From NCBI RefSeq assembly GCF_006345805.1, contig NC_042998.1:75702001-75766000 (forward strand): a stretch of 64,000 nt of DNA, in the 5' to 3' direction. The notes beneath the pieces are model-generated. The model had not been told where the DNA came from and searched no databases. It saw nothing but the letters and a program-made list of their open reading frames with translations. Position 1 is the first letter of the stretch. Every line of letters begins with the position of its first letter. The position numbers and the translations under genes were made by a program. Of this stretch, positions 27,431 to 42,435 are shown piece by piece. The DNA is from Octopus sinensis (Eukaryota).

Positions 27431-30400
27431 TGTTTTTAATAAATACTAAATGATAAATATTTACCAAACATTCGAGATGAAATCATATATAGCGAGGTGG
27501 AAAAACTACATTAAATGTACGAAATGATAGTCCATTACATCATGAGCAATCATTAGAGTTAGGTTTGCAAAATTGACGTCAGATTTTATTCAGGTTATTT
27601 ATATTTCAACTAACTCTTGTAATATATCTGTTATTAGAATGTAGTCCAAATAATTAATTAGCATAACAGAAGCTACAGCATTTTAAACTAAGATCTATCA
27701 ATCACACAGTTTGATCTTTGCTCTTCTCACTTCCTCTCGGCAGACATTTTGCTTCATAACGATGTTCGATTGTTTTACATGCCAGCAGTAATATTGATAT
27801 TTGTTCATCTCAGAAACAAACCTGATAAACGTGGGATTGACGTCAAATTGAATAAATTGTTTCTTTTTCAGATTCCATTCAAGATACAGAAATAACTGAA
27901 GTAATCTTCAACTTGAACAATTATTTCAGTTTCATTATCGACTAACGTTATTATTTTAATATGAAAACCAAGAAGAGCCTTCAGGAGAATAGCAACTACG
28001 TCAGTATCGTACAGCAGGTGTAAGAAGCTGGATGAAGATTTTAATGATTTTTTTCTTTCATCAATTCTTTTTCTGCCTGTTTTGTATTTGAAAGCCAAAA
28101 TACTTCTCGGAAACAATAATACTAAAACATTTTTATGGCTTTACAATTCTATTCATTTTTTGTTTCCATTATTCTATCAAGCGAAGTAAAATGCACAAAT
28201 AATCTTTAGCAAAATAATTCTACATCTTATTTCTTTTCCAATATTTTTGGGAGCTGTTAATCAATAGTCCATTTCATATTTATATTATTCTCACGTATTT
28301 CAGTGACAAAACTTTGGTATAAAAATAGCAGGAACAAAACTAAATACTAATAATGATTATTGCTTGCGGTGTGAATAAGTCTTTCGGAGGAGAGAAAAAT
28401 TGTAACATTGTATGTATTCACACATTTTGGAAAAAATATAAAAGCGTTAAAAACAAAACGACATTGTTATGAGAAAGCGATGGTAGGAGACAGAGAATGA
28501 GGGAGATTTTATAGTGAGCGCTTTCCTATTGAAAAATTAAACAAGAGTGTATTTCATTTTGGATTAATATCTGCTGTAACACTCCGGTGAAGTGATTTCA
28601 AAAGCACATTGATGTGGCTTTTATTGAACACTAATGTCAACTGATTTGGAAATGCTGTGCTTTTAATGAAAATCAATGCGGAATAAATAAAATATTGATT
28701 GAGTTTTAAATTTCTGAATTCAGTCGAAGAAGTTTATGAATAGAAAGTTATACGCTACTGTCTTTTAGTAAAAAAAAAACAATTTTGAAATTGTTTACAT
28801 GGAAATGTTAATCGGTATTACATGTTTTTTCATCTTTTATTTACACACCATTTCCAAAATCTGCCTTTGACATTTGATTAATGCTGTCTATGAATGATTT
28901 GTTGTTTTTTGGGGTTTTTTTACTTTTTGCAGATGGCTGAGAGACATGAAAGTTTATTAACTTTTGAAAACAAATATGTAGCTAATTGTTCAGTTATCTT
29001 GTATATTTTGTGAGCAAACTATTTCTAGTATAATGTATGGATGCCTGTGTCGGTTTACTCCTTTTTATGCTACGTTAAAAATATATATCTTTCAAAATCA
29101 AATAAGGAGCATAATTTGTATATATATTATATTTTCCTCGATTAACACTTAAATTTAAATAGAAATAAAATTTGTCTATTTCTTTGACACTTAACTTGTA
29201 TCACAATTCATTAGATTCGTGATTATCAAACTCACTGATTCTCCTATAGAAACTAGTCAAATAAACCTATTTATAAAATTTTTAACGAAAATCTTGCAGG
29301 AATTATGTTATACTTTTCCTTCATTGGCTGAAAATATTTTCGCAGTCATTATTGCCATGGGAATTTACCTGATTCACTTCACTGTAATCTGATGATGATT
29401 ATATCGTTTTATCGTGATTTCCTTTCATGTTATAATTTTTAATGAGGAAGAAGAAAATATATCCATGACATTGGTTCTCTTTTTGAGACTAGTCAGAATG
29501 ATTCAGCTGATGTCCAGCTTGTGTGCATAACAGCGTGCATAACAGCAGAGAGCTTTATGGATATCACTTGGTTTTTTTAAAGTACTAGCAGTTTTTTGGG
29601 AATGAGACATTTACTGCCTCTGAGAAGAACATTAGTCTTGAGACGCTGATTTTGTCATGCTATTAACTTGTGATTGCAAAGAGAATGCATCAGGTATGGT
29701 ACAAACTAACATCTGCAGCGAAATTATCGATTTGAATTGTATAATGTCCAAAAATAGAGAGGATGACACAAGAAGGTCGTTTGGTTAATATGTGCAGCGA
29801 GTGTATATTGGTGATGTTCATAGAAACAAGATTGTCATAACTATTGGATTGTCATAACTACTGGAAAACTATTCGATAGTTCTGTTCTTAAAGAAATTGT
29901 AGATATGTCGTACATATTACGGTGGCTTGAAGATCAATCCAGTGTGCGGAAGTTCATGGAAGAGAGAGGGTGACATCATCTTCATAATATTGAGCATTGG
30001 TAGAACAAAAAGCTGCTTGTTAATAAAAAGAAAAATAGTGTAGGTAAATCAACCAAACCTTGGCGCGTAGCAGATTTGATAGAAAGTGGCTCAAACACTT
30101 TTCCATTTGAGTTCGCTGTTAGTATGAAATCTGAAAGACGGACTCGACTGAAGATACAAGAACCGAATGGAATCCATAGCAAGGAGATATTTCGGGTCAA
30201 GTACTGTCAAATGCTGGTTAAGATTCATATTAGAGGCAGGTGATTTAGCTTTATCTTTTAAAATATCTTCAATCTATTTCATCTATTTGTGTAAGGTTCT
30301 TTTCCTTTATCAAAATGTTTTTTACATCGGGTTTTTTTACCATTTCAGTTTTTTTCATTTTCTTAGCTCCTTTGTTCTCATCACACTTACCATGCTTTAT

Positions 30401-32446
30401 TAACATCAGTTCTTTTATTACCACCTTATTGTATTCCATTTAAACCTTAAATTGATTATTTTATTGCCGTCCGTCATTTGTGACCTTATATGTGTGTGAA
30501 TATACATACACTTATGTACCTATATGTGTATGTGCGTGTGTGTGTGTGTGTGTGTGTGCATATATGCACGTATGTATTTATGTATATGTGTGTGTGAGTG
30601 CAATGAGAAAGAAAGTCTGAAGCATTTTCCTATTCCCAAACCTTGTGCCTAGATGTAGACAGTGGGCTTTGATTTCGGTGAATTCAAATAAATAAAAAGA
30701 AACGGCTTTATTATTTCATGCACGCGGATTTCTTCTGCGTCAACTTGTATCAAACTGGAGTGCGTCTACTATGTAACGTTGATAGTAAACGGTTTTGGTA
30801 ATGTTTATATCACAATTATACATCCTATTTCTGCTTTCCTAGCGCTATAAGATATCAATGTTATTAATAAGTGAACGGCTTGCTGCAGCATAGATTACAA
30901 TGATACATTCAATTTCTGTTTTGTTTCCTAGAGCTGCAAAATATCAATGTTATTAATGTACTCACATTAACTGTCGACTCAATAGTTTTGTTCACTCCAG
31001 ACAGCAACTGTTCAGACCTAGGTTCTTTCTAGGCTTTGAGTTTTCTCCAATTTATGTGTATTGCTAGTATGTTTCTGAAGCTTTCCATAATAATAAGCCA
31101 TAAATACATTAAAATGTTATTTTAATGCATTCATATTTTGTACTTCCCCCAAATTTGTGATGGCTATGCTTACTGCTATCACTGGGATCCATGATGGTAT
31201 ATTTCTTCGGTTTCAACAAGCTTACATATCATCAATTTTAGAAATAACTAGAACCTGTAGTTACAAATTGTAACTTATCCTTACGGATTTAATCCACTGT
31301 TATTTACATGGAGTTAATCCATAAACCTTAGCCTTTCGTGATCTATATTTCATGTATTTCGTGTTTTCTTTCATTGTATGCTATGTTACTGCATATGTTC
31401 GTTCTACTTATTTAACCAATTATCAAATTTGCTTAAAACAAAATTTTACAATTGGATGTCATAGGAATTTCTTAAGTCAGCAAATCTTGTAGAAAATACC
31501 AAGTACCTCTTTTGATGAATCGCATTTGTTTTATATCGTATTTTATGTATAAATAAATATATTGAATAAATATATTGTGAAGAAAATGTTGAGAACATTT
31601 TCTTTCAACTAATACTATTACTACGTTTATCCATGAGTAACAGTACATAATATATACATTTTAATCTGTTAATGCCAAATATATTCTTAAATATCATCAT
31701 AAGAACAGTTCCTTATTTTATTTTTATAAATGTTTGACCTACGGGTACATAGGCCACTTTGTTCAAGAAAGAAAATTCTTAAAATAGAAAAACATCATTT
31801 TAAGAAACAAAAAAAAACAACAGCTAACTTTTTATTCACTAATCCAGATGAATGCCATTTATTGAAACATACTCCAGTATGAAGACCAGCATCGCATTTA
31901 ATGCATCCATTTGAAATTTTTTCGTGCAAAAGGCATAATAAAAATAAAATAGAAATATAGATTCATGCTAACATTAGTGAGTCAATTTCATAACAAATAA
32001 AAATTTTCAATAGAAACAGGTTTTTCTGTGAAACTCATTTCCTTTTATGTACAATTTCTGTAGAAATTGGAAGAAATGAAGTCTTGGTGATCTGGTCTTT
32101 ATTTAGAATCAGAATTTTAGAACAACCTATATCTGAACACATTTGATAAGATCTACTCGATTTTATAAGATAATTAAAACATCAATTTATGGCTTGGTTA
32201 AAAATACTATTTGCACAAATCATTTTTTTCTTTATAAAATGCGGAAGATTGACTCTTTCCCCTCAATATTTTACATTATAATGAATTCTGAGACTACAAT
32301 GTTGTCAATATTCAACAAAATGTAGGTGTAATATTTGAAATACATCTGTTGGTGAAATTTTAATAATTCTTTTCATGTTCTCAAAAGTTGAACCATGTCC
32401 ATATTTTCAAAGCATCCTTTTGCTATTCTTCAAGATATACGTCCTC

Positions 32447-32498
<52 letters not shown>

Positions 32499-34875
32499 CT
32501 TTACGCTTTAATGCATGTCTTTTAATCTCAAAGAGGCTCTAAGGAAAGCTATATCTCTGGTAGTTGCTTCGTATTGTATGTATATATTGCATGAGTATTA
32601 CATAATTTATATATTGCATAGCTATTACTGCGTGATTTCAGAAAAATGCAAAGGGATCGAAATTTCATTGGTAAAATGGTTTAGCAAACATTGATGCATG
32701 CGTTCGTCTCTGCATGAGGGATGTATTTACATGTCTTCATGCCCTTTAATAAACATGCGATAATGGGTTCTATTTCGTCATGACATATGACCTCCTTTAA
32801 TATACATAGTCGCCATCCAAAGCCGAAATATTTATATTCCCAGGTCTACATTGCAATCTAATTTTCTTCTATAGTAACTTTTGTTTATCCACTTTCTATT
32901 TGTACAGATTAATATTAACTATCATATATATTAACCTTCGATTTTTGATGGAGATTCACTTGACATAACTGCTTCACTTTTATTAACATTCAAATTCTGA
33001 TAGTTTTTCGCGTTAAGAACACCATTGCCTCAGACCCCTATAATATTTACATTATTTCCTTAATTGTATGGTTAAGAAGAATTGCCAAGTAAATTTGACA
33101 GCAGACAACAAGTTAAAATACGTTAACTTTCAGAATGAGGAATACCATACCTTCAGCAATACAGAATTTCAGTAAGATTTCTCTTTAGGCTGTCAATAAT
33201 TTATCTCAATTGTGTTTTTATCCTAAAGAAAATATAGATAATTATTGTTTAAAATGGAAATACAACATCTGAAAAAAATCAGTTTTAGTCTATACATTGT
33301 CATTTGTATGGAATAAAAATGAGTTTAAATCTTATAAGTTTGTCAATTTTTATTTAATGTCACTAACATGATTTTTTCCAAGATAAAACAATATGCTAAG
33401 TACTATTTGTAACTGCATTAAAATAATTCTTAGTATTTTAGATACTTTCATATATAAACACCTTAAAAGCTATAAAAATATGTAATAATTGCGATTATTT
33501 TTCTACTTCTGAAGTATCTATTAGGGAAAGCTAATGCTACCCCTGTCTCACTAAAACTATGTGATTTATTTCTACTTCTCTCTTCAACTTTATCTCGTTC
33601 GTCTGATAGTGATGTCTCTTTCATATTACTTTCTAGAACACCCTAACTACATTTATATGTCATATTATTTTCTGACCCGTAAATCTAACTGGATTGTATT
33701 TATAGCTCGTTTATGAGTGCCTCAATAAATTTTGGTGTGGCTCTTCTCAACCAAAACAATATCCAAATTATATTATATTTTCTCGGTCGTAAACTTGTGT
33801 GAAATATTTATGTACCATGCCGTCTGGTTTCACATTCTGCTTGGTCCTTGGATGTATTTGATACATTTATTATGTTATAAGCATTTAAACGTAACAGCTA
33901 TGTATATATGTGGTGAAACTAGAGAAATGTAGAAAGATAACTTAAGTTGATCTTTCTTGAGTAAACTCATTGTGTAAGTTGACACACATTTTGCAGAAAA
34001 TGTGTGAGTTGTTTTTCAGCATGAAACCTGTAAATGGAGCCAACTGGTTTAGGTATGTCGGGAAGGTAGATTGCCCAAAGTTTGTAAAGGCGCTTTTTGT
34101 TAGAACCAAAAGATTCTGCTGCAATTTATGCAATTTATATTCAGGCAAATATGCACAAATATTTTACTTTTCTTAATGATAAGCATGCTCTCGTCGTTAT
34201 GAAGGATTAAAATCTCCCAGTTGGCCTCAATCGATGATTTTTCTCAAGGTACTGTACGCAGTGTTAGTTGACTTTGTTGTGTGCTGGATAAGAAAAAATA
34301 TTCCTGAGAGGAGGTTTTGCTCACTATAACTATCTCATATTAAATGATGAAACGAATTTGCTGCTAAAGTTAATCTTTTCTCATTGTCGAATGCTTAGGA
34401 GGAATCGACAAATGCCATAAACAGGCTATGATAAAACGCTTCACATAAAGCTGCTGTCGAGCTGTGAAAATCATGTCAACAGTGTTTTGTACATGTTTTT
34501 AACGAATTGTCATGAAATCAGTCTTGGTTGCTTATGGATTATGCTGCAGCCTCATAGAACGTAGAGCTGATATACGTTCAATGTTGTACATAGTGTGTTT
34601 TCTGAGCCCCGATAAAGTTCCAGCATTTTTACTTTCTCAACTAAGACACATCGATAACCAGCTCTTCCTTTTGTGTCTTCTGTGGCATTGTTATTTAGCC
34701 TCTTTTAAGGGATTTGCAGTTGAAAGAGTGTAAGTATTTTTATATGGAGTTTCACCACAATCATTCGATGATCATTCAGTAATTAGCACCTCCAATGGCT
34801 CGTGTAATAAGAAATCTCTGACGCCCTGCGCCTAACAAGGATGAACTCAATCTCGTGTAAATATTTTGGATGAAG

Positions 34876-35090
34876 AAGGCGGCGAGCTGGCAGAATCCAT
34901 AGCATGCCGGGGGGAAATGCTTAGTAACATTTAATCCATCTTTATCTTCTGAGTGCAAATTCAGCCGAGGTCGACTTTGCTTTTCATCTCTTTGGAATCG
35001 ATAAAATAAGTACCAGTTGAACATTGTGTTTGATGTAATCGACTTAACCACTCCCCCGATCTTGCTGGTTTTGTGCCAAAATTTGAAAGC
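34876..35090 (+). mobile_element. Monomeric SINE family A
   Basis: aaggcggcgagctggcagaa head, gtcgactttgcttttcatc centre, ttgtgccaaaatttgaaa tail. Confidence 0.88.
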
Positions 35091-35579
35091 AAAGTTTAGA
35101 ATGAGGGTGCATCAAAGAGATTTTAAATTTTGCTTCCTGCAGAGAGACGTTTCTTATCATAAGGTTATACACAAAGTAAAACAGCCTCACGCCATTACAT
35201 TCGCCTTGTCAATACCATGTCCATGTCAACTCAATATTTTGCCGTTCTTTCCTACATAGGTATTTGAGCTTCAAGTAAGAGAATATTGTAAACTTTAGGG
35301 GTCTTATGACTTGTAGGTACATGATATTTCGTAATGCAACCTTAATATACTATAAAGTATTATATATTAAACGTTTATAAAAGTCAATACCACGTTCTAC
35401 TGTGTTAAGAATACGCTTTTACATTACATTACACTGAGTTTTGATTTATTTTATAGTATAATATAGTATATTATGGTTGCATAACAAAATACCTCGTACC
35501 TACAAGTATTGACATTTACGTACCAGCTTCCAGGAATGTGTTTAATATGTAAATTGGTATATCCAATAACCAAATACAC

Positions 35580-36860
35580 CGCTGTATACAGTGGCTAATT
35601 AAATAGTGTGTTCGAGGATGATTAAAGGGTTGGATGGATGCTGATGAAGGCACAATCACCACCACCCCCAACGAAATATGATGTATATACACCCATTATC
35701 CTCTTCTCATCTTCTACCTCATTGTTTGTTTACATCTGACGTCTCGTATACGAAACATCCTTGCAAAAATCAGAGTTGGCTATAATCTATATGAAATATC
35801 TGTAGAAATAGCAATAACAAGTAATTTATGGATCTAGCAAACAATTTCGTCTAGTGTCCGATAAAAGTACTCCTTGGTTTCATTCCGAAAGGCAAAATTG
35901 GTACGACAAGGAACATAGCGTTCTTATACCAGAGAATAAAGATAGTCATCGAATTTTCACTGCTAACTGGAAGCAGAGGGACTTTGTAAGCGGATATTTT
36001 TCATCGCTAGTCCTACTCTGTGAAGATATTGTACACTAGGTAAAAAAATCTTCACTCCGTTCGACAGACATTATCCACGAACAAGATCAGGTGTTTTTTC
36101 TTGTAAGGTCTATGGGAATGTCTTTGCTTCATAGTTCGAACACATTAATGAAATTGCAAATACTTGTGTTATTGCTATGCAGATTTCTGAGCAGATTTCC
36201 GTCTATTTTACCTGCTCTCGTTGCCCGGCGTACAATCAGTGAGATCGGGTTCATCATGATCGGGGGTGGATACGCTAGAACTGATGATTTTGAAGTCCCT
36301 TAAAATGTGTTCTATTCTCAAAAGCTATATCTTCCCTCTCGTGGGGAAATCCTGGCGGATGGATGTCCTAGGACGACCAATGTCACCCTCTGACTGCAGA
36401 ATTCCTTGTTTGGCCATCTATAGCATACTGCAGGAATATATGGGTATCCTGTAAGGGTGTCTCGTAACACCTGTTGTCTGAAGTAACTTATCACAAAGCT
36501 GAGACAATTTGTTTAGTTGACACAATGGTTTACATGTGACAGAAGGTATCCAGAAGTGCCCAGATACTTGTAAACACACACTTCACATTTCTGGGTTGCA
36601 ATATAACTCTAAGAACTCTTCTGGTTTAGTTGGGGCCGTGAAGTACCCAATTTCTGTCTATGGAGGTATGGCAGAAATCTTAGTGGTGAGGAGATTCTAT
36701 AATGAGACACGCTTACGGAGTCGACTCCTCTTTTTACTATTTATGCTGGACGTAAGCCAGTAAATTAGCTAAAAGCAGAAAAGGAGAAAGTATTCAGCCT
36801 TACTAGCTACAAGCATTGCGTTACTACTGTGCTACTACACTAGATGGATCACACAAACCC
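35580..36860. mobile_element. Very decayed retroelement-like sequence, unclassified (possibly RTE-like on - strand)
   Basis: GC-elevated tract with only weak motifs (NWVLHGPN, LRIEHILRDFK on - strand). Confidence 0.3.
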
Positions 36861-37199
36861 TGTGAAAATAGATACACACGCACCCGTATTCATAAAAACA
36901 GGTTATTACATTTAAATATGATACATATGTGCGTGTGTGTATGTATGTATATATGTATGTGTCTGTGTGTGCGTGTGTGCGTGTATTTAGTTTGAATACT
37001 TTCTATACATTCATGTTCTCTCTCCCGTTGTTATCTGTGGGAGACTAAACAGAAAATTGTCCTTAAAGTGAAACCATCATCCCCTCAGCAGTCGCCTCAT
37101 CAAGAGATATCTAGCAGATGTCTCGTGTGTTTTATACGCACTGTGTTCGTGAACAATTGTGTGCCAGAGCTTCATTCAGATGCTGAACAGTGATTTTAC

Positions 37200-37730
37200 C
37201 GTCGATGCGTCTTTGTGTCTAAGTATATTTCAATATATATAGTCCTATTGTGTAATGAAACTCAGGGTTACACCCAATTTATTGACTTTATTGCATTTTC
37301 GAAACATAAGTTCTTGTCTAAGTTCATTTCTTGTTAATGGTTTAGTATAGAGAAAGTTCCAGTGTCCTTCACAAGTCTCTAATACCGATGATGCTCAGTT
37401 TGAACATTTATAAGTCTGCGGAGGTAACATCGACATAAACAAGTTTGATATTTTTTGATAGGAAGTATTCTATCAAATGGTTACCGAGAGAAGGTGACAG
37501 GAATGTGTCGAATCTACTTGAATAGAATTGGTAGACAACTAACTTGTTCAATAGAACAGAAGTTGACGTAGTATCGATCGAATATTCAGAGTGGGAAGAC
37601 AGCACGTATATGCACAAGTGATTGTAGTGGTAACCATCAGCTGAGAATGAATTGCTCATAACTATATACAAACTGTTCCTTGCTTCACCCGAGGATGTAC
37701 TAATTTCCATGTTTGTGCCAGGTGCCCTTC
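37200..37730 (-). mobile_element. Possible very decayed PLE RT fragment
   Basis: KLVYVDVTS resembles RT motif A (LxxxDVxSL); otherwise weak. Confidence 0.25.
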
Positions 37731-37757
37731 TGTTACGAAATTAAGAACAATAATAAT

Positions 37758-37967
37758 GATTTCAAATTTTAGTACAAGGCCAGCGAGTTAGGGGACGGTA
37801 TAAGTCGATTACATCGATCCCAGTGCTCAAGTGTTTTTTATTATTATTATTATATTGACCTAAGGCAAAGTTGACCTGAGCAGCAGTCGAACTCAGAACG
37901 TAAAGCTGGAAGAAATGCTGCTAAGCATTTTATTTGATATGTTAATGATTCTGCCAGCTGACAGCCT
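37758..37967 (-). mobile_element. Monomeric SINE family A (older)
   Basis: Matches 34876-35090 in reverse. Imperfect TSD ttaagaacaataataat (37741) / ttaggaacattaataat (37968). Confidence 0.85.
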
Positions 37968-37985
37968 TTAGGAACATTAATAATA

Positions 37986-38369
37986 TGTTCTATTCTAGGC
38001 ACAAGGTCCGAAATTTGGGGGGAAGAGTCAGTTGATTAGATCAACCCCATTAGGTAACTGGTACTTAATTTATCGATCCCGAAAGGTGAAGTCGACCTCG
38101 GTGGAATTTGAACTCAGAAAGTAAAGACAGACGAAATACATATTTCTTTACTACCCACAAGGGGCTAAACAGAGGGAAGACAAACGAGGACAAACGGATT
38201 AAGTCGATTACATCGACCCCAGTGCGTAACTGGTACTTATTTAATCGACTCCAAAAAGATGAAAGGCAAACTCGACCTCGGTGGAATTTGAACTCAGAAA
38301 GTAACGGCAGACGAAATACCGCAAAGCATTTTGCCCGGCGTGCTAACGTTTCTGCCAACTCACCGCCTT
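37986..38369 (-). mobile_element. Dimeric SINE family A
   Basis: Collinear with 4543-4941 including the inter-monomer junction. Flanked by attaataata on both sides. Confidence 0.9.
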
Positions 38370-38718
38370 ATTAATAATACAAATATTAAAAATACAGTGT
38401 AATTAAAGATATTTATGTGTCTTAATAGTTATTAATAATATTGTTAATTATTTTAAATTAGTTATTTCTTTTTTTTATTGTGTTGCATTGTCGGAAATTA
38501 TTGCTTTTGAATTTTTAAATTTTGATTCGACAACTTGGCACTAAATATACTGGTAGTTATAGTTGTATACAATAACAATCAATTAAATTGAATTATTTGT
38601 ACTTTTGCGTGAAGAAAAGATGATCTGGTAACATTATGGTTAAGGCACTACAATTATACACACATAGTACAGATAAAACCAAATGTAAGTTTAGAGCCTT
38701 GTGTGTATGTGTGTGTGT

Positions 38719-38764
<46 letters not shown>

Positions 38765-39409
38765 TGCGCACGCATGTATGTGTATTGTATGTTTGTGGTA
38801 TGTAATTGGTATGTATTGTGTGACATTTTTTTTCATCTACGGATTCAAGAAGACTTAGCTTGAAATATGTTTTTTTTTTTAATGTTTTTCTTCTGTAAGT
38901 GTATATGTGTGAAATGAAGCGAAAGATAAAAGTGCCCAAGATAAAATTGATATCAGAAAAGGAAAAATATTTTAATAATTTTTTCTAATGGACTCTCCTC
39001 CAAATAATTACTGCGATTTTTTTTTTCGGATTTTTTTTTTATGAATAGTTGGAAATTGAGTAGCTTATAAGTATTAAAAGTCTACTTCATCACTGCCATT
39101 TGAGACAATATAAGCTGTCTCTAAAAATAACTATTGACTGCGACGATAAACAATAGATCAATAGCCTATTATTTAATGATACAGACGCTTCTTGATGATG
39201 AATTATTTTTCTTATCGTATTACTTCAATAACTAAGAAAAGAAATTATCTTTTCTTAAAGTTTGCTTGTTGGCTCAATGTTTCTAAAAAAGTTATTTGTG
39301 AGCTATTCATTTTCTTTTGTTCTTTTATTATAAAAATTAATTATGTTATATACAAATAACGTCTGAGGCTTTCACATGTTATTGCTTTTCAAAGTAGCTT
39401 TTTGTCTAC

Positions 39410-39666
<257 letters not shown>

Positions 39667-40831
39667 GTGTTTCATCTTGTGTATACATCTGTTACTACAG
39701 ATAAGTTCCTATTTTTATTTATTTCAAACAGACAAAATACTTACATATTCACCGCCATTGATGGTTAAATCAAAGAAATTCTATCATGAAGAATCATCAC
39801 ATAAGATTAATACATAGCTTAATAATTAGGTAATGCTATGCATTTATTACATATATCAATTTGCTGGCTTTATGTTTGTCAGATGTAATATCCAAGAGAA
39901 GAGAAGCAAGTCAATTTTCTACGACAGTCATGAACCAGTATCACGAAAACTTACGCTTTCTCCAATTGCTGATTATATTTTTCATTTAACTTCTCAAATT
40001 AGTCATAATCAATAACAGACATATAAAAAGTTACTGATTCATCACCATTTCTGCTACTTTCTTCAAGTTATGTGTTGCAGCTATTTCTTTTCAAAATCTG
40101 TATACATTGAAAAAGATGGCGCCATGCTAGGATAACAAAATGCAAAATTTCTTTCTTTTTCTTCTTTCTGGATATTTTCTTCAGAAAGTCTCCATTCATA
40201 TTATTTATGACCAATAGGCTCTGTTATACATACCAGGCGTTTTTCAATGATACAGCGTGAAATTCAACTAACTTGTTTACTAAAGCATATGAAATCTCAG
40301 ATTACAAAACCTGATGAAAAATACAGTAATGTAGCGAGACAGCGACATCAAGTCGATACTACAGACAACCACAACTAATTGGTCTTCTTGCCAACATGCA
40401 ATCACTAGATAGCACACTTAGTGAACTATATACTGTCGCGTCACGTTTCTAGGGGATCTAATGATTTGTATTCTTTGTCTGAAGTAAAACTGACTAAATT
40501 CTAATGTTTTCACTATTGCTATCAGATATTTTCCTTTTTTTTTCCTATTTGGTTTACACCATTCAAGAGATCATCAACAAGTCAAAAGATGATTTGACTG
40601 GTGGTACTACAAAGAAGTCTGGAAAGTATTAATTCTAATCGATTGGCTGCGATTTCCTTCTTGAACATTCATACAAAATTTTCACGTCAAAATATTATTA
40701 ACCTTTTATTTTCATTTGAATTTGACAAGTTTTATTTACAGGTTTGTCTCCACAGTTTGTTTTAAATATATTCCAGTTGTTGATTCGATATCATACAAAT
40801 TGATGGCTAAACAATATTCTTAAGTGTGTGT

Positions 40832-40873
<42 letters not shown>

Positions 40874-42435
40874 TGTGTGTTTGTGTGTGTGTGTTTGTGT
40901 GTGTGTATGTGTGTGTGTTTAAAGTTCTAGTGTTTTAGTCACGCAGTTACTGATTAACTTAAGAGATTTGAAAAATGAATACAAGTTATTTTTATCATTG
41001 CAAATAGCTTCGAGAAGAGCTCTTTATTAGGGAAATATCTTCAGTAATCTTAACCTTATCATGTAGAAGTGATATTAAATTAACAAAATCATCTTACTCG
41101 TAACAATATTTTTCCCTATTTTATTTTACTTACACTTCGTTGTAATCGTAAAGAGTTGTACTATCGTTTGCTAAATAATGAGACGAAACTATACTGTTAT
41201 ATTCCTAACTCACATTTATTCTGCTTGTCTTAGACTGCCTTACACTCCAAGTAGCAAATAATTTCACCTTGTCAGTAAGTTATTTTTTTATATTTTATGG
41301 GTGGCCTTATTCAGTATTTGATGTACAGTGTCACATTGTATCACATATCATATTTAATTAAGTGATGCACGTCACGGCTATACTTTGGTTTAGGACTTAA
41401 AATACTTGAGCTTTTAATTTCAAGTCGGTAGCAAGGTTGTGTTGCTACATTGAGGAATTGAATAAAATCTTCCTTGTTAACTCATTCAGCTGTTGAATAA
41501 TTACTTGAATGTGGTGAAGTGGCACTGATATAAAAATACATATTCAGTCTGGTAGAGATCCAATTGATAGATAATAATACAGTTGGATAGACTACGCAAA
41601 CTGTCGATCTAACTTATGGGAAAGATTTCTAAATAATAAAACTATACAGATACATCTGAATATCATAGTGAAAGCAATAATACAGCAGACATCTAGAACG
41701 TTGCTTTTAATACTGTTTCAGTTTCAGTTTCTACTGTAGGGGTTACTTTTGTGATATACTACGGTTTAAATCCCAACTAAAAATAAACTGTCCAAAAATT
41801 ACTCCAAAATTCAGTGGCTCTGTGATACGTGCCAACTATAAAAATTAGTGGGCAACAATGAGAATATCTACATTAAAAAGTTGTAAAAAATAGAACACAT
41901 AACAAATAGAAAGCTGAAAGGTTAGTACAATAAAGGATTAAAGTGTAGCCGATATAAACTAACACTTTATCTTCCTGAAAAGGGAGACTACCTTCTAGGT
42001 ATGCAGCAATATAAATTCGTACTCACTGATTTGCTTGGCAGTTGAATTAATTTAATTAATTTTTTTCAAACAATCAGTGATTAACATACTGCTATATGTG
42101 AACATATGCACCTGATAACTCAGCTACCGACTATAGAACAACCGGTAGTGGACAAGATAGTCAGCAAAGAGAAGTGACCTGATAGCCATTATATTTTGCA
42201 GTTAACTTCTCTTACAGTTTGGCACTCGTTTTGACATTTGCTTTATCAAATAAACAGAACAGATTTATTTTTCCCAACTTCCTTTCACTGAAAGCACAAA
42301 GATCGTAACATCATACACTATTGATACTTTATACGCATACATCTACTGCATATTCCCTTACATTTGCATGCACACACGCACGCACACATACATACATACA
42401 TACATGCATACATACATACATACATACATACATAC

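Noticed and set aside
29440-30250. GC-elevated tract that may be an ancient LINE or exon
   Set aside because: No convincing motif or open frame could be read.
35636-35695. CTGATGA...GAAA hammerhead-like string
   Set aside because: Stems I and II do not pair convincingly; at most a highly decayed relic.
40112-40125. YY1-like AAGATGGCG motif as promoter
   Set aside because: Single short motif with no supporting promoter or exon context.
41000-41050. Minus-strand CTGAAGA...CGAAGC hammerhead-like string
   Set aside because: GAAA is broken, and stem II and the cleavage triplet are unsupported.
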